The notes: a model not told the origin generated them from the letters alone. Positions 48,841 to 58,600 are shown, counted from the first letter of the stretch. The stretch: DNA of 64,000 bases from Candidatus Omnitrophota bacterium (GCA_016932855.1 JAFGCB010000030.1:475-64474); one strand, 5' to 3'. A program made the numbers and translations.

Positions 48841-49629
48841 TCACTTCTTTCTCTCTTTGAACAGCCGCTTTTCTATCCTTTTTAAATACTCTTGCGCTTT
48901 GTGCCCCAAATAGCCTTGAGGACATAGCTTATTTGGTAGCCTTGGGTCGTGTCTACCGATATGCATCAATTCTTTCTCCAATTCTTTAAACATAATTATT
49001 CGCTTAACAAAATTTAACCCTCTAAACTTTAAATTGCAACATTTAGCCATAAATTTCTCATATTTAATATTTAAACCTTGGAAATCCCAGCTCGTCTGGA
49101 TCAAATAACCAGGATCATCGATTTTGTCAGCAACGATAAATCGTAAATAAGGACGTATCTGATTCCTTTCGGCAAGGCTCTTTAATTCTTTAAAATAATT
49201 ATAAGGGTTAATAAATACGCTATTTTGAAGCATTCCAAAACCCAATTCCCGGAGCTTTATTCGCAAATTATCCCTTGCTCCTCTATATTTCTCAGGAATA
49301 TCAAAAACAACTATAAACCATTTGCCTATCCACTTTCCTTTCTTCTTCTCTATAGATAAACTCCAATTTATCCTATCCTCTCCCTTAAGAGAAGGTTTTA
49401 AATATACTTTTTTTCCAGTAACAATATCATTAATGTATCCGTGCTTTTGAAGAAATAGCAATTCTTTACGAAGGGCTTTCCTGAGGTCGGAATAACCCCT
49501 GGAGCTATCCAACGATGCTTCGCGCCAGAAAGAATAGGGATCTAGAAGAGCCTCTAATATATCCTCGAATGTAAGGTCACAATTCTTTAGAAAGATTAGT
49601 ATTTTTTCTCTTAAAGTAAGTATAGACAT
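48841..49629 (-). CDS. PaaX-family transcriptional regulator-like protein
   Basis: WIGKWFIVVFDIPEKYRGARDNLRIKLRELGFGMLQNSVFINP matches the PaaX-family middle-domain motif (W.GRW.LV.YS.PE..R..RD.LRR.L.WLGFG). 262 aa. Confidence 0.55.
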   Translation of the reverse strand: MSILTLREKILIFLKNCDLTFEDILEALLDPYSFWREASLDSSRGYSDLRKALRKELLFLQKHGYINDIVTGKKVYLKPSLKGEDRINWSLSIEKKKGKWIGKWFIVVFDIPEKYRGARDNLRIKLRELGFGMLQNSVFINPYNYFKELKSLAERNQIRPYLRFIVADKIDDPGYLIQTSWDFQGLNIKYEKFMAKCCNLKFRGLNFVKRIIMFKELEKELMHIGRHDPRLPNKLCPQGYLGHKAQEYLKRIEKRLFKERKK

Positions 49630-49643
49630 AATACTTTCCTATT

Positions 49644-49681
49644 ACACCTCCTTACCTAACGACCGTTATGTAAGGAGGTGT
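49644..49681. repeat. 38-bp palindrome ACACCTCCTTACCTAACGACCGTTATGTAAGGAGGTGT 15 nt upstream of the PaaX-like start
   Basis: The arms are ACACCTCCTTA (identical to the canonical 16S rRNA 3' anti-SD tail) and TAAGGAGGTGT (a perfect SD). Confidence 0.7.
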
Positions 49682-49752
49682 GGACAGGGATATATTTTAT
49701 GGCTAATGAAGGCTATAATCAATATTTATTTGTACCAGATAATCTAAGGTCT

Positions 49753-50670
49753 TTAATCACGCGGACCCCCTCGCAGCCCTTTTTTACGGGCGTAGTTAAC
49801 AACCTGGCTATACTCGTCCTGCGTAATCCTTCTTGAAAGTTCCTTATACCTGTAGGCTTTGTGACAAGGCCTATACTGGTCCATAATATTTATATAGGTA
49901 TTGCAAGATATATTTCCGGCGATAAAATCAATGACTTCGAACGAACCGGAAAGATCATTAGGAAGAACCAAATGCCTTATAAGCATGCCCTTTTGAGCAA
50001 TGCCCTGGTCATCTATTACCAAGTCGCCGACCTGCCTATACATCTCTAATAAAGCAAGCTTACATACCTGCCAGTAGTCTTGGGCTTGGGAATATTTTCC
50101 AGAGTTACTATCATCGGAATATTTAATGTCAGGCATATATATATCGAAAATCCCTTTAAGTTTCGCTAAAATTCCCTCTAAATCATATCCGCCGCTATTA
50201 TAAACCAAAGGGAGCCTTAAACCCTTATCCCTGGCGTAGACTAAAGCCTCTATTATCTGAGGAACAACATGGGTGGGACTTACAAAATTTATATTCTCGG
50301 CACCTAATTCTTGAAGTCCAAGCATAATTTTCGCCAAGCCGTAAGCTTCAATTTCACTACCCTCGCCTAAATGGGAAATAGTGTAATTCTGGCAATAAAC
50401 ACAAGCAAGATTGCAAAAAGAAAAAAATATCGTCCCTGAACCCCCGCGTCCCACCAGCTCCTTTTCTTCCCCAAAGTGAAGGTTAAAACTGGAAACCCTA
50501 GCCAAACGGCCGGTCTTACAGAAGCCGAGCTCCTGGCTAATTCTATTTACTTTACATAACCGGGGACAAATGCCGCACCGGCTTAAAAAGGAAACTAAAT
50601 CATCCCTTATCTTAAACAGCTCACCTTGAGAAAACTTTAGATAGCAAGGCTCATAGTTCGACATAAGCAA
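49753..50670 (-). CDS. Radical SAM protein (activating-enzyme-like)
   Basis: CNLACVYCQN CxxxCxxC radical SAM motif, preceded by an N-terminal Cys cluster (CGICPRLC…FCK). Confidence 0.65.
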   Translation of the reverse strand: MLMSNYEPCYLKFSQGELFKIRDDLVSFLSRCGICPRLCKVNRISQELGFCKTGRLARVSSFNLHFGEEKELVGRGGSGTIFFSFCNLACVYCQNYTISHLGEGSEIEAYGLAKIMLGLQELGAENINFVSPTHVVPQIIEALVYARDKGLRLPLVYNSGGYDLEGILAKLKGIFDIYMPDIKYSDDSNSGKYSQAQDYWQVCKLALLEMYRQVGDLVIDDQGIAQKGMLIRHLVLPNDLSGSFEVIDFIAGNISCNTYINIMDQYRPCHKAYRYKELSRRITQDEYSQVVNYARKKGLRGGPRD

Positions 50671-50804
50671 AAGCTCATCAGGCTAGGGTTTAAGTTTACT
50701 GGCTTCCGGCCGAAATCCAGCCAGGGTATTTAAATTGTAGCACGTCCTGGTAATAGTCACAATTTTTTCTTGGAAAAAGTAAAAGCCCAAGCTACAATAG
50801 ACCT

Positions 50805-52760
50805 ATGCGAATATATAAAAATCTAGTCTTAGATAAATTCCAGGAAGAAGCTATAAATGCCATAGATAATCAGGAATCAATCCTTATCTCCGCTCCCACC
50901 GGCGCAGGTAAAACTCTAGTCGCTGAATATGCGATTGATTCGGCAATAGCCAAAAATAAAGGAATAATCTACACAGCTCCGGTAAAAGCCTTAAGTAATC
51001 AAAAATACAGGGACTTTAGAAAACTCTACAAAGACAAGGTAGGAATTCTTACCGGAGACGTGAGCATAAACCCGGGCTCGCCTATTATGATAATGACCAC
51101 CGAAATATTCCGAAATGTAATCTTAACCGAGCCGAAAAGGCTGGACAATAAAGAATGGATAATTTTCGACGAAATACACTACTTAGATGATTTTGAGCGG
51201 GGAACGGTCTGGGAAGAATCAATCATGCTAATGCCCAGACATCTGAAAATCTTAGCCTTAAGCGCTACCGTACCTAATATAGATCAAATAACCTTATGGA
51301 TAAGAACAATACACCACATACCCATTAAAGTAATTAAAGAAGACCGAAGGCCGGTTCCTCTTAGTTTTTATTTCCAATGCAACGACCAAATATTCTCCAC
51401 TCTTAGAGGCTTGCGGAATTCAGAGCTAATATCGGAAAATTTCCCCAAATCCCGCAGAAAAGACCAAAGACTGTTTATGCAACTTAAGCCTAACCGGATA
51501 AATACGATTTTCAAGCACTTAAAGGAAGAAAATCTTCTTCCCTGTATTTATTTTAGCTTCTCAAGAAAGCGTACCGAAATCTTTGCCCAGGAATTAGCAA
51601 TGTATAATTTTTTAAATCCGGAAGAAAAAAAAGAAATAACCAGCCTCTATGAAAAGCTACTTAAAACCTTTGACTTAGAGCACGAACCTACTTCACTCTA
51701 TTTGTTTGACCTGGTAAAAAACGGTATAGCCTTTCACCATGCCGGGCTTCTTCCTACACTTAAAGAGGTTATTGAAAGACTGTTTACCTCCAAGCTTCTT
51801 AAAGCTATATTTACCACTGAAACCTTCGCTCTAGGCATAAATATGCCGGCAAGAACAGTTATTTTTGACGATCTTAGGAAATTCTACGGACAATACCACC
51901 GAAATATTAAAACCAGGGATTTCTACCAGATGGCCGGCCGGGCCGGGAGGCGGGGAATCGACAAAAAAGGGTTTGTCTTTATGAGGATAAACCCCTTCAA
52001 TGTTTCAAAGCGTGAACTTAAAGAAATAATCTACGGAGAGTCCGAAGAAATTAAAAGCCAGCTGAGAAGTAACTACGCAACTATCCTTAACCTCTATAAA
52101 GATATGCAAGAGAAAATATACGACATATACCCCCTTTCTTTTCACTACTTCCAGTCAAAAGAAAGGAAAAAAGAAGACGTGCTGAATCTACTTAAAAATA
52201 AAATACTGCTCTTGAAAGAATTGGACTATATAACTTCCGATAACAAATTAAGCTGGAAGGGTGAATTCGCTTCAAGAATGTACAGCTATGAACTCCAGAT
52301 AGGCCAACTTTATGAAAACGGGTTCTTGGAAAGCCTAAGCGAAAAAGAGCTTGCCATATTAATATCATCGCTTGTATACGAGCCGAGAAGAGGGCAAAGA
52401 AAGCCTACTTTAGGCAAATACACCCAAAGAATGCAGGGCCTTCTCGAATCAACTATAAAGCAAATCCATAAAACGGAGAAAAAATATAGAGTTTATCCTC
52501 TGTCCAAAAGATTCTATTTTCATCTATCGCAGCTTACCTGCCTTTGGTTCGACGGAATAGAATTCTCTAAGCTTGCCCAATTTACCGATATAGACGAAGG
52601 AGAACTTGTAAGATACCTGCGGATGAATATACAGGTATTGCGGGAACTGCTTTCGTTTGAAGGCGTTAAGGAAGATTTCAAGAAAAAAGTAAAAAATGTA
52701 TTAAAAAGAATAAACCGTGATGTAATCGATGCCGAGAAACAACTCAGACAGGAAATCTGA
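50805..52760 (+). CDS. Ski2-like DEAD/DEAH-box (DExH) helicase
   Basis: Motif I APTGAGKT, motif II DEIH, Ski2/HelY-like helicase core. 651 aa. Confidence 0.8.
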   Translation: MRIYKNLVLDKFQEEAINAIDNQESILISAPTGAGKTLVAEYAIDSAIAKNKGIIYTAPVKALSNQKYRDFRKLYKDKVGILTGDVSINPGSPIMIMTTEIFRNVILTEPKRLDNKEWIIFDEIHYLDDFERGTVWEESIMLMPRHLKILALSATVPNIDQITLWIRTIHHIPIKVIKEDRRPVPLSFYFQCNDQIFSTLRGLRNSELISENFPKSRRKDQRLFMQLKPNRINTIFKHLKEENLLPCIYFSFSRKRTEIFAQELAMYNFLNPEEKKEITSLYEKLLKTFDLEHEPTSLYLFDLVKNGIAFHHAGLLPTLKEVIERLFTSKLLKAIFTTETFALGINMPARTVIFDDLRKFYGQYHRNIKTRDFYQMAGRAGRRGIDKKGFVFMRINPFNVSKRELKEIIYGESEEIKSQLRSNYATILNLYKDMQEKIYDIYPLSFHYFQSKERKKEDVLNLLKNKILLLKELDYITSDNKLSWKGEFASRMYSYELQIGQLYENGFLESLSEKELAILISSLVYEPRRGQRKPTLGKYTQRMQGLLESTIKQIHKTEKKYRVYPLSKRFYFHLSQLTCLWFDGIEFSKLAQFTDIDEGELVRYLRMNIQVLRELLSFEGVKEDFKKKVKNVLKRINRDVIDAEKQLRQEI

Positions 52761-52777
52761 CTTCTGCAAAAATGTCA

Positions 52778-52821
52778 TCTGTGACCATCTGTGTCCCCTA
52801 ATCTGTGATCATCTGCGTCTA
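52778..52821. promoter_or_regulatory. Four tandem 10-bp ATCTGTGA units (family F8)
   Basis: catctgtgaccatctgtgtcccctaatctgtgatcatctgcgtc, located in the convergent helicase / glgC region. Confidence 0.45.
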
Positions 52822-54045
52822 GTAGAAGACTTGCCGGGGACCCCTTTTTAAGACAGTAACGCCATTTTTACTTACAAAATATTTTTTTCTGTCTTCGTCG
52901 GCGTTATAGCCTACCAAGGAGGATTCTTCAAGGATATTGAACCTGTCAATAATGGCTTTCCTTATCTTGGTTTTCTTCCTAATATGAGTAAAATCCATAA
53001 TTATAGAATCTTTAATTTCGGCTCCTTCTTCGATTACAACCGCCCTTCCCAAAACAGAATTCTCTATTTTAGCCTTCTGAATAATGCAACCTTCGCTTAT
53101 TAAGGAATTACTTATCAAGCATTCATTGATTTTTGCGGGAGGACAATGGACGGTCGAACCGTAGACAGGCCAACTGGAATTCGATAAATCCAGAAGCGGC
53201 CTTTGACCTAAAAGATCCATGTGGGCTTCGAAGAATTCGTCTATGGTGCCTACGTCTCTCCAATAGCTTTGCTCTTCATATTTCTTTATACCGGGTATAT
53301 TATTAGCGGAAAAATTGTAAGCGAATACTTTCTTTGATTTAATAAGGGGAGGCATGACATCCCTTCCAAAATCATGCGTGGTCTGACTGTGAGTATCTTT
53401 CTCCAGCACTTCAAGTAATACCTTAGTATTAAATATATAGTTACCCATGGATACATAAGAATAATCTTTATTGCCGGGTATAGCCTTAGGATTTGAGGGC
53501 TTTTCTTTAAATCCGGTCACCCGGCAAGAAGGATTGACTTCCACTATACCGAATGAAGAGGCCTCTTGTCTTAGCTTGGGCATGCAGGAAATAGTCACGT
53601 CCGCCTTATTTTTCACATGAAAATCAATTATCTGCCTTATGTTCATCCGATAAACGTGGTCAGACCCGAAGACCGCCACCAAAGAAGGGGAAAAATCCAA
53701 AATAAGATTTATATTCTGATAAATAGAATCAGCGGTTCCTCTATACCATTGTTTCAAAGAATCTTTCCGCATTTGGGGAGGCACAACCGTAATAAAATGC
53801 TTGCTAAGCATCCCCTGCCTTTTCCAGCCGCTTCTTATATGTTCGATTAAAGACTGCGACTTATACTGGACAAGCACATAAATAGAGTAAATCCCGGAAT
53901 TGACGAAATTACTTAAAACGAAATCAATAATTCTATATTTGCCCCCGAAAGGAACCGAAGGCTTTGACCGCTCTAAAGTAAGAGGGTCAAGCCGCTGGCC
54001 CTTTCCTCCGGCCATTATCATTGCCAGAACTTCACCTTTTAACAT
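52819..54045 (-). CDS. glgC: Glucose-1-phosphate adenylyltransferase
   Basis: AMIMAGGKGQRL nucleotidyltransferase motif and C-terminal left-handed beta-helix. Confidence 0.85.
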   Translation of the reverse strand: MLKGEVLAMIMAGGKGQRLDPLTLERSKPSVPFGGKYRIIDFVLSNFVNSGIYSIYVLVQYKSQSLIEHIRSGWKRQGMLSKHFITVVPPQMRKDSLKQWYRGTADSIYQNINLILDFSPSLVAVFGSDHVYRMNIRQIIDFHVKNKADVTISCMPKLRQEASSFGIVEVNPSCRVTGFKEKPSNPKAIPGNKDYSYVSMGNYIFNTKVLLEVLEKDTHSQTTHDFGRDVMPPLIKSKKVFAYNFSANNIPGIKKYEEQSYWRDVGTIDEFFEAHMDLLGQRPLLDLSNSSWPVYGSTVHCPPAKINECLISNSLISEGCIIQKAKIENSVLGRAVVIEEGAEIKDSIIMDFTHIRKKTKIRKAIIDRFNILEESSLVGYNADEDRKKYFVSKNGVTVLKRGPRQVFY

Positions 54046-54109
54046 AGTTTAATAATTTTAACACTTTTAAGTCTTTTCTCAAGAAAACTTTAGGCAAGCC
54101 TATCTTGAC

Positions 54110-57109
54110 CTAACGCTCTATTATTGCTTCTATCCTATGAGAGGCCTTTTTCTGATCCTCCACTATATATTCACCAAGGCAAACAACCTCATATATATCG
54201 GAATGAGTAGTTATTAAAGGTGCTATGAGTTTAAAATTATCGATTTTCTGTTTAGGGGTAAACCCTAAAGAGGTATCCTGAAGTAAATCCCCTATTCCTA
54301 AGCGACGGTTGGTCCTCTCGCCAAACGGCCTATATGAAATAACCCTTAAGGCGGTCGGCCCATCGGTTAAAGCCGACAACACTTCTTTACTGGCGGTATT
54401 TATATTGATCCTTCCTCTTGCTTGAAACTGGGGTTCCAGGATAAAATTCAAAATCAAAAGAGGCTTATCTTCCTCGTTGCGCAAGTTTATCTCAAGGGAT
54501 TCTGAATCGTCCTTGATCTCGATATTTCCGTAATTTAACCATCCTTTATCAAATGCGAAAGGCCCGAGATAGCCGGAAATCTCATCTCCCAGTTTTATAT
54601 CCACGCTCAAGGAAGAGCTACTATCCTCGCTGGCTAAGATCTTAAGTGAATATATCCCCTCTGCAATATTAGGCCACCTCCATACTCCGGTATCGCCCTT
54701 ACGCGAAGAATAAAATCCTTCCTCTGTCTCCTCAAAGGCCCCTCCTAAAAATGAACCGAAACCCAGATGTTTTCTAAAAGAAGTAAACTTATCTGCCAGA
54801 AGACTTATACTTCGTAAGTCAAATTTCTCCCAGGCAAAATCGGAAGCCACGTCATTAGCATATCCTATATTTATGAAAGGATTATTTTGAACAACTTGCT
54901 CTCTTACGTCATGATAGAAAACCTCAAGGGTAACCGGATCAATCTCCTTCATTCCGGGGTTATCGTTTCGCTCGCCGGGCGTTGCTTTAGCTAAGGATTC
55001 GGAAAAGAACCAAGCGTCAAAAATACCGTTGGCATCATTATCCCAGAAAAGAGTAGGGTCTGACTTTTCAACGCTGGTAAAATCGGATACCTGCTCGGAT
55101 TTATATTCGACCGTATCGACGACTCTTGCTTGGGAATCTTTTAATGTGACTTTGGCTTTTTTATTGGGAATAATATCGTCGTTTCCTTCCACGGCGCCGG
55201 TAAACTGAAGTTGAACCGATGACATACCCCATGTTTTCTGAAAGAAAATACCGTTATTGCGCAAGAATAAAGCGCAGTCTCTGTCGTCTTTGTCAATACT
55301 CAGGATTAAATGCTGATAAGCCTCTATCTGCGTGCCTTGCGGAATAAGAGCCGGCCAGCCTAAGCTTCCGCCTCCTTCCTGGGTTATCTCTACCGTAAAA
55401 TCGCTGATATCTATAGAATAAGGGCTTATATTCAGGATTTCGATAAATTCAGTATCAGGCTCCTGCGAAATGACCAGGCTTTTAAAACTGGCGATTTCAA
55501 CTAAAGAATTATTCTGAATAGTAAGAGTTAAATTGTCGTTAATATACACAGGCTCAGAGAAAATCATCCCGTCCCGGGCGTCTCTTAAGTCTTTGCCGGC
55601 AATGCTTACATCTCCGATATAACCGCCAGGGCTGTTTGCGAATACCTTTATATAAAAATAACCGCTTTTATTAACCGCGAACACCCACTTGCCTTCTCCG
55701 CTCTTGCCGCTGGCAAATTCAGCGTTTTCATAAAACCCGTCTTTCCAAACCCAGGCTCCCTTAGGATCTTGATCTTGGATTGTGACTAATTCCGAAGAAG
55801 GCTTGGCCAATATCTCATTTATTACTAAAGATTCCCTGCCTCTTACGGAAATATGCTCAAGTCCATCCTTCTTATCCAAACTAATAAGCTCAATATGGCT
55901 CACATAACACTCCTCATCATCAAAAGGCTTGATTTTGACGCTTAAAGAGCCTGCTTCGACGTTTACTTTGGAAAACAAGCCTTCCCCGGCGTAGACATCG
56001 CAGTCTGAAATATCACCGACGCTTACGTATCCCACCGGAGAACCCCTAAAAGGGCTATGAAAAAAACAGAAATATTGCCCATCTTCAATATCCAGATTCT
56101 GGATACTAAAGGTAGACTCTCCGGAAGATGGCAAAGCCACGAAATATCCTCCTTTGTTAATAAAGCCTCCGCCGGAAGGACCGGGCAGGTCGACTATTTT
56201 ATAGAATTTATCTAGCACAGTCTGCTCAAAGTCTTTATCCTGGTAGTCTATAAAATTTGCCGCCTTCTGGAAAGGAGAAGACACGCCGGACAATAGAAAG
56301 TTTAAAACGACATCTCTTGGAAAATACGTGTTTAAATAAACTCTTAGTTCTTCAAAATAATCAACTTCGCGCTCTTTCGAATATACCGTAAAATAATCCT
56401 TAAATCTTACGTCCTTGGGCACTTCCAGCAAATCCAGAGCTTCTTCGGTAACCAAAAACAACCTGTCATCTCCGTAACCCTGCTCATCAGGCTCATCAAC
56501 GCCTTCGTTAGATTCATCGAACAAGCCGTCAAAATCATTGTCAATGCCGTCTACGGATAAAAGCGGGTTATCAGAATCATCGTCTATGTTATTCTTACCG
56601 GGTGCTTTATCTTGGCCGAAGCGCCTTTCTACCAAGGAAGCTTTTTTATTTATCCCAAGGGAAGAAAACAAAGGGTTTATATCGATCTCAGAAAAGTCTA
56701 GCCCATAAGCGGGAGAGCTTCTTTCACCGCAGTAATTCAAGTTTAGTTTTCCGGCTTCATCAATCACTCTTAAGGCAAACCTTCCATAAAGGCCTCCTTG
56801 CGAGTTCTCGACTCTAAACCAAAGGCTTTCATTTTCCGCATCCTCGTTTAAATCAACATCCTCGCCCTTAATCTGATCGTAGAAAAAATCGTTGAAGCTG
56901 TCGCTTTTATTACTCTCTTTATCCAAGGAAAGAAATTCCGAAGCCAGAACAATTCCCGCCTCAGCCAAGTACTGAGCTTTAATACTGTCTAAATAAATTC
57001 GGGAATGCCTTACTTCGTAAAAAGTAAGAACTAACAAAGAAAGGCCTATGATTAAAAGAACCGATAAAACCGCTATGGTTACAATTAAAGCCTGGGCTTT
57101 TTTATTCAT
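54110..57109 (-). CDS. Giant GspK/PilX-like minor pseudopilin with C-terminal lamin-tail-domain (LTD) region
   Basis: The N-terminus MNKKAQALIVTIAVLSVLLIIGLSLLVL…YLAEAGIV resembles GspK-type pseudopilins. The internal segment EFIEILNISPYSIDISDFTVEITQEGG…KVTLKDSQARVVDTVEY matches the LTD pattern (EwvELyN…vdLsGw…vtL.d..g.vvD.v.Y). 999 aa. Confidence 0.5.
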   Translation of the reverse strand: MNKKAQALIVTIAVLSVLLIIGLSLLVLTFYEVRHSRIYLDSIKAQYLAEAGIVLASEFLSLDKESNKSDSFNDFFYDQIKGEDVDLNEDAENESLWFRVENSQGGLYGRFALRVIDEAGKLNLNYCGERSSPAYGLDFSEIDINPLFSSLGINKKASLVERRFGQDKAPGKNNIDDDSDNPLLSVDGIDNDFDGLFDESNEGVDEPDEQGYGDDRLFLVTEEALDLLEVPKDVRFKDYFTVYSKEREVDYFEELRVYLNTYFPRDVVLNFLLSGVSSPFQKAANFIDYQDKDFEQTVLDKFYKIVDLPGPSGGGFINKGGYFVALPSSGESTFSIQNLDIEDGQYFCFFHSPFRGSPVGYVSVGDISDCDVYAGEGLFSKVNVEAGSLSVKIKPFDDEECYVSHIELISLDKKDGLEHISVRGRESLVINEILAKPSSELVTIQDQDPKGAWVWKDGFYENAEFASGKSGEGKWVFAVNKSGYFYIKVFANSPGGYIGDVSIAGKDLRDARDGMIFSEPVYINDNLTLTIQNNSLVEIASFKSLVISQEPDTEFIEILNISPYSIDISDFTVEITQEGGGSLGWPALIPQGTQIEAYQHLILSIDKDDRDCALFLRNNGIFFQKTWGMSSVQLQFTGAVEGNDDIIPNKKAKVTLKDSQARVVDTVEYKSEQVSDFTSVEKSDPTLFWDNDANGIFDAWFFSESLAKATPGERNDNPGMKEIDPVTLEVFYHDVREQVVQNNPFINIGYANDVASDFAWEKFDLRSISLLADKFTSFRKHLGFGSFLGGAFEETEEGFYSSRKGDTGVWRWPNIAEGIYSLKILASEDSSSSLSVDIKLGDEISGYLGPFAFDKGWLNYGNIEIKDDSESLEINLRNEEDKPLLILNFILEPQFQARGRININTASKEVLSALTDGPTALRVISYRPFGERTNRRLGIGDLLQDTSLGFTPKQKIDNFKLIAPLITTHSDIYEVVCLGEYIVEDQKKASHRIEAIIER

Positions 57110-57477
57110 TCCTGGGCTTCCTCCTGAATCCGAAAATAAGTAATAAACTCCTCCTCGATTTTTTTTGTCTCTAAATCGCAGCTTACTTTCAGAATAACTT
57201 TGCGCAATTTTATGTCAGTAAAAGGCTGAAAATCCTCAGATGAAATACTCCACTCAAGATCCCCTTCTTTTCCTGACGAATCTTCAATGATATTAAAAGT
57301 CTTTATCGCCGAAAGCTTCTCTTTGGCAAGAAAAGACATATCCATAAGCATACTTGATATCCTGAGCTGGCGTAAGCCCAAGGGAAACATGTAAAATGCC
57401 GCCATAAGGCCTCCGGCTAAAATCGACACCGCGATAAGAACCTCAATAAGTGTAAATCCTTTATTCTTATTTTTCAT
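57106..57477 (-). CDS. Type IV pilin/pseudopilin with canonical prepilin signal (KG|FTLIEVLIAV)
   Basis: Class III signal peptide GFTLIE with Glu+5. 123 aa. Confidence 0.7.
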   Translation of the reverse strand: MKNKNKGFTLIEVLIAVSILAGGLMAAFYMFPLGLRQLRISSMLMDMSFLAKEKLSAIKTFNIIEDSSGKEGDLEWSISSEDFQPFTDIKLRKVILKVSCDLETKKIEEEFITYFRIQEEAQE

Positions 57478-57509
57478 CCTTGATTGATAAGGGTTTGTAA
57501 ATCCGTATA

Positions 57510-58538
57510 TCAGTATAGGAGGCCGCCGATAGTAAAAATAGGGAAAAACAGGCTTATTACAATAAAACCCACTATTACTCCCATAAGAAGGATTAGAAGC
57601 GGCTCAAGCAAAGATATAATTCCCGATAAAGAAGTGCTTATATCTTCCTCGTAATCAGAGGCTATTTCTAAAAAAACCGAAGAAAGCTTGCCTCCCTCCT
57701 CAGCCACATTTACGATTCTGACTAATGAAAGCGGAAAAATCTCCGCTTCCTGCATGCTTGCTGAAAGAGCCTGGCCTTGTTCCACTTTCTCCAAAAGAAA
57801 ATCGATGGCTTCTTTAAGTAAAGGATCAACTACCACTTCTTTGGTAGCAACCATAGACTTCACTAAAGGAACTCCCGAAGAAAGCATAACCCCCAGAGAA
57901 TGGCAAAACCGCTCAATGGCTATATCTTTAAGAAAGCTGCCCATGACCGGTATTTTCCACCTGTAAATATTAATCTTATAAGCCCCTCGGGGACTCCGCC
58001 TGGCTAAAAAATATAAGAAAACAAAACCGGCAAAGAGAAAAATGAAAAGATAACCCCACTTACCGAAAAAGCCCGAAGCGCTTATAAGAAATAAAGTTAC
58101 CGGGGGAAGATCTCCTCCCAAATCTTCAAATATTTTCGTAATCGAAGGCACCACAAAAATCATAAGAATAGACAAAACTACTATTGAAGTCACAAGTATA
58201 AGCAAAGGATACATAACCGATGAAACAACTTTTTGCTTAAGCCGGCGCGACCGCATCAAAAAATCAGAAAGCTCTTTAAGACAAGAGGCGAGCTTGCCGC
58301 TTATTTCTCCGGCTCTAATCATATTTATATAAATCTGGGGAAAGACATTCATGTGATGCTCAAAGGCTTCAGAGAGAAATTCTCCCTCCTGAATACGCTG
58401 AATTACGTCTTGGACTACCTTTTTCATTTTGCACCTGGGCATCTGTTCATAAATAGTATCGAGGCTCTTTAATATAGAGATTCCTGACTTCATGAGCATG
58501 GAAAGCTGCCTGGTAAAATCTAATACGCTTTTTTTCAT
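57510..58538 (-). CDS. gspF: Type II secretion / type IV pilus platform protein (GspF/PilC family)
   Basis: Two GspF-type cytoplasmic repeats and 3 TM helices. 342 aa. Confidence 0.8.
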   Translation of the reverse strand: MKKSVLDFTRQLSMLMKSGISILKSLDTIYEQMPRCKMKKVVQDVIQRIQEGEFLSEAFEHHMNVFPQIYINMIRAGEISGKLASCLKELSDFLMRSRRLKQKVVSSVMYPLLILVTSIVVLSILMIFVVPSITKIFEDLGGDLPPVTLFLISASGFFGKWGYLFIFLFAGFVFLYFLARRSPRGAYKINIYRWKIPVMGSFLKDIAIERFCHSLGVMLSSGVPLVKSMVATKEVVVDPLLKEAIDFLLEKVEQGQALSASMQEAEIFPLSLVRIVNVAEEGGKLSSVFLEIASDYEEDISTSLSGIISLLEPLLILLMGVIVGFIVISLFFPIFTIGGLLY

Positions 58539-58559
58539 ATTTTTTCCCTACATTATTTA

Positions 58560-58600
58560 CACAGATGATCGCGGATAGGTTTGCCTGTGATCATCCGCGC
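58560..58600. promoter_or_regulatory. GATCATCTGTG / CTGTGATCATCCGCG inverted F8-like units upstream of gspF
   Basis: cacagatgatcgcggataggtttgcctgtgatcatccgcgc. Confidence 0.4.

Noticed and set aside
48841-49629. The VVFDIP…R…LR…LGFGMLQNSVF motif resembled a Cas2 core, suggesting a CRISPR adaptation protein.
   Set aside because: Length (262 aa), the W.GKW…PE motif and the C-terminal region fit the PaaX-family regulator middle domain (which has a Cas2-like fold). No cas1 or CRISPR array is nearby.
48781-49681. The palindromes flanking the PaaX-like gene considered as integron attC sites of a gene cassette.
   Set aside because: No intI integrase or attI in the window. attC core/inverse-core (GTTRRRY/RYYYAAC) signatures are not matched, and attC sites follow a cassette on one side only.
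49753-50670. Radical SAM gene considered as part of an AmmeMemoRadiSam system.
   Set aside because: No AMMECR1 or Memo gene is adjacent. The N-terminal Cys cluster alone does not discriminate from PflA/other activase-like radical SAM enzymes.
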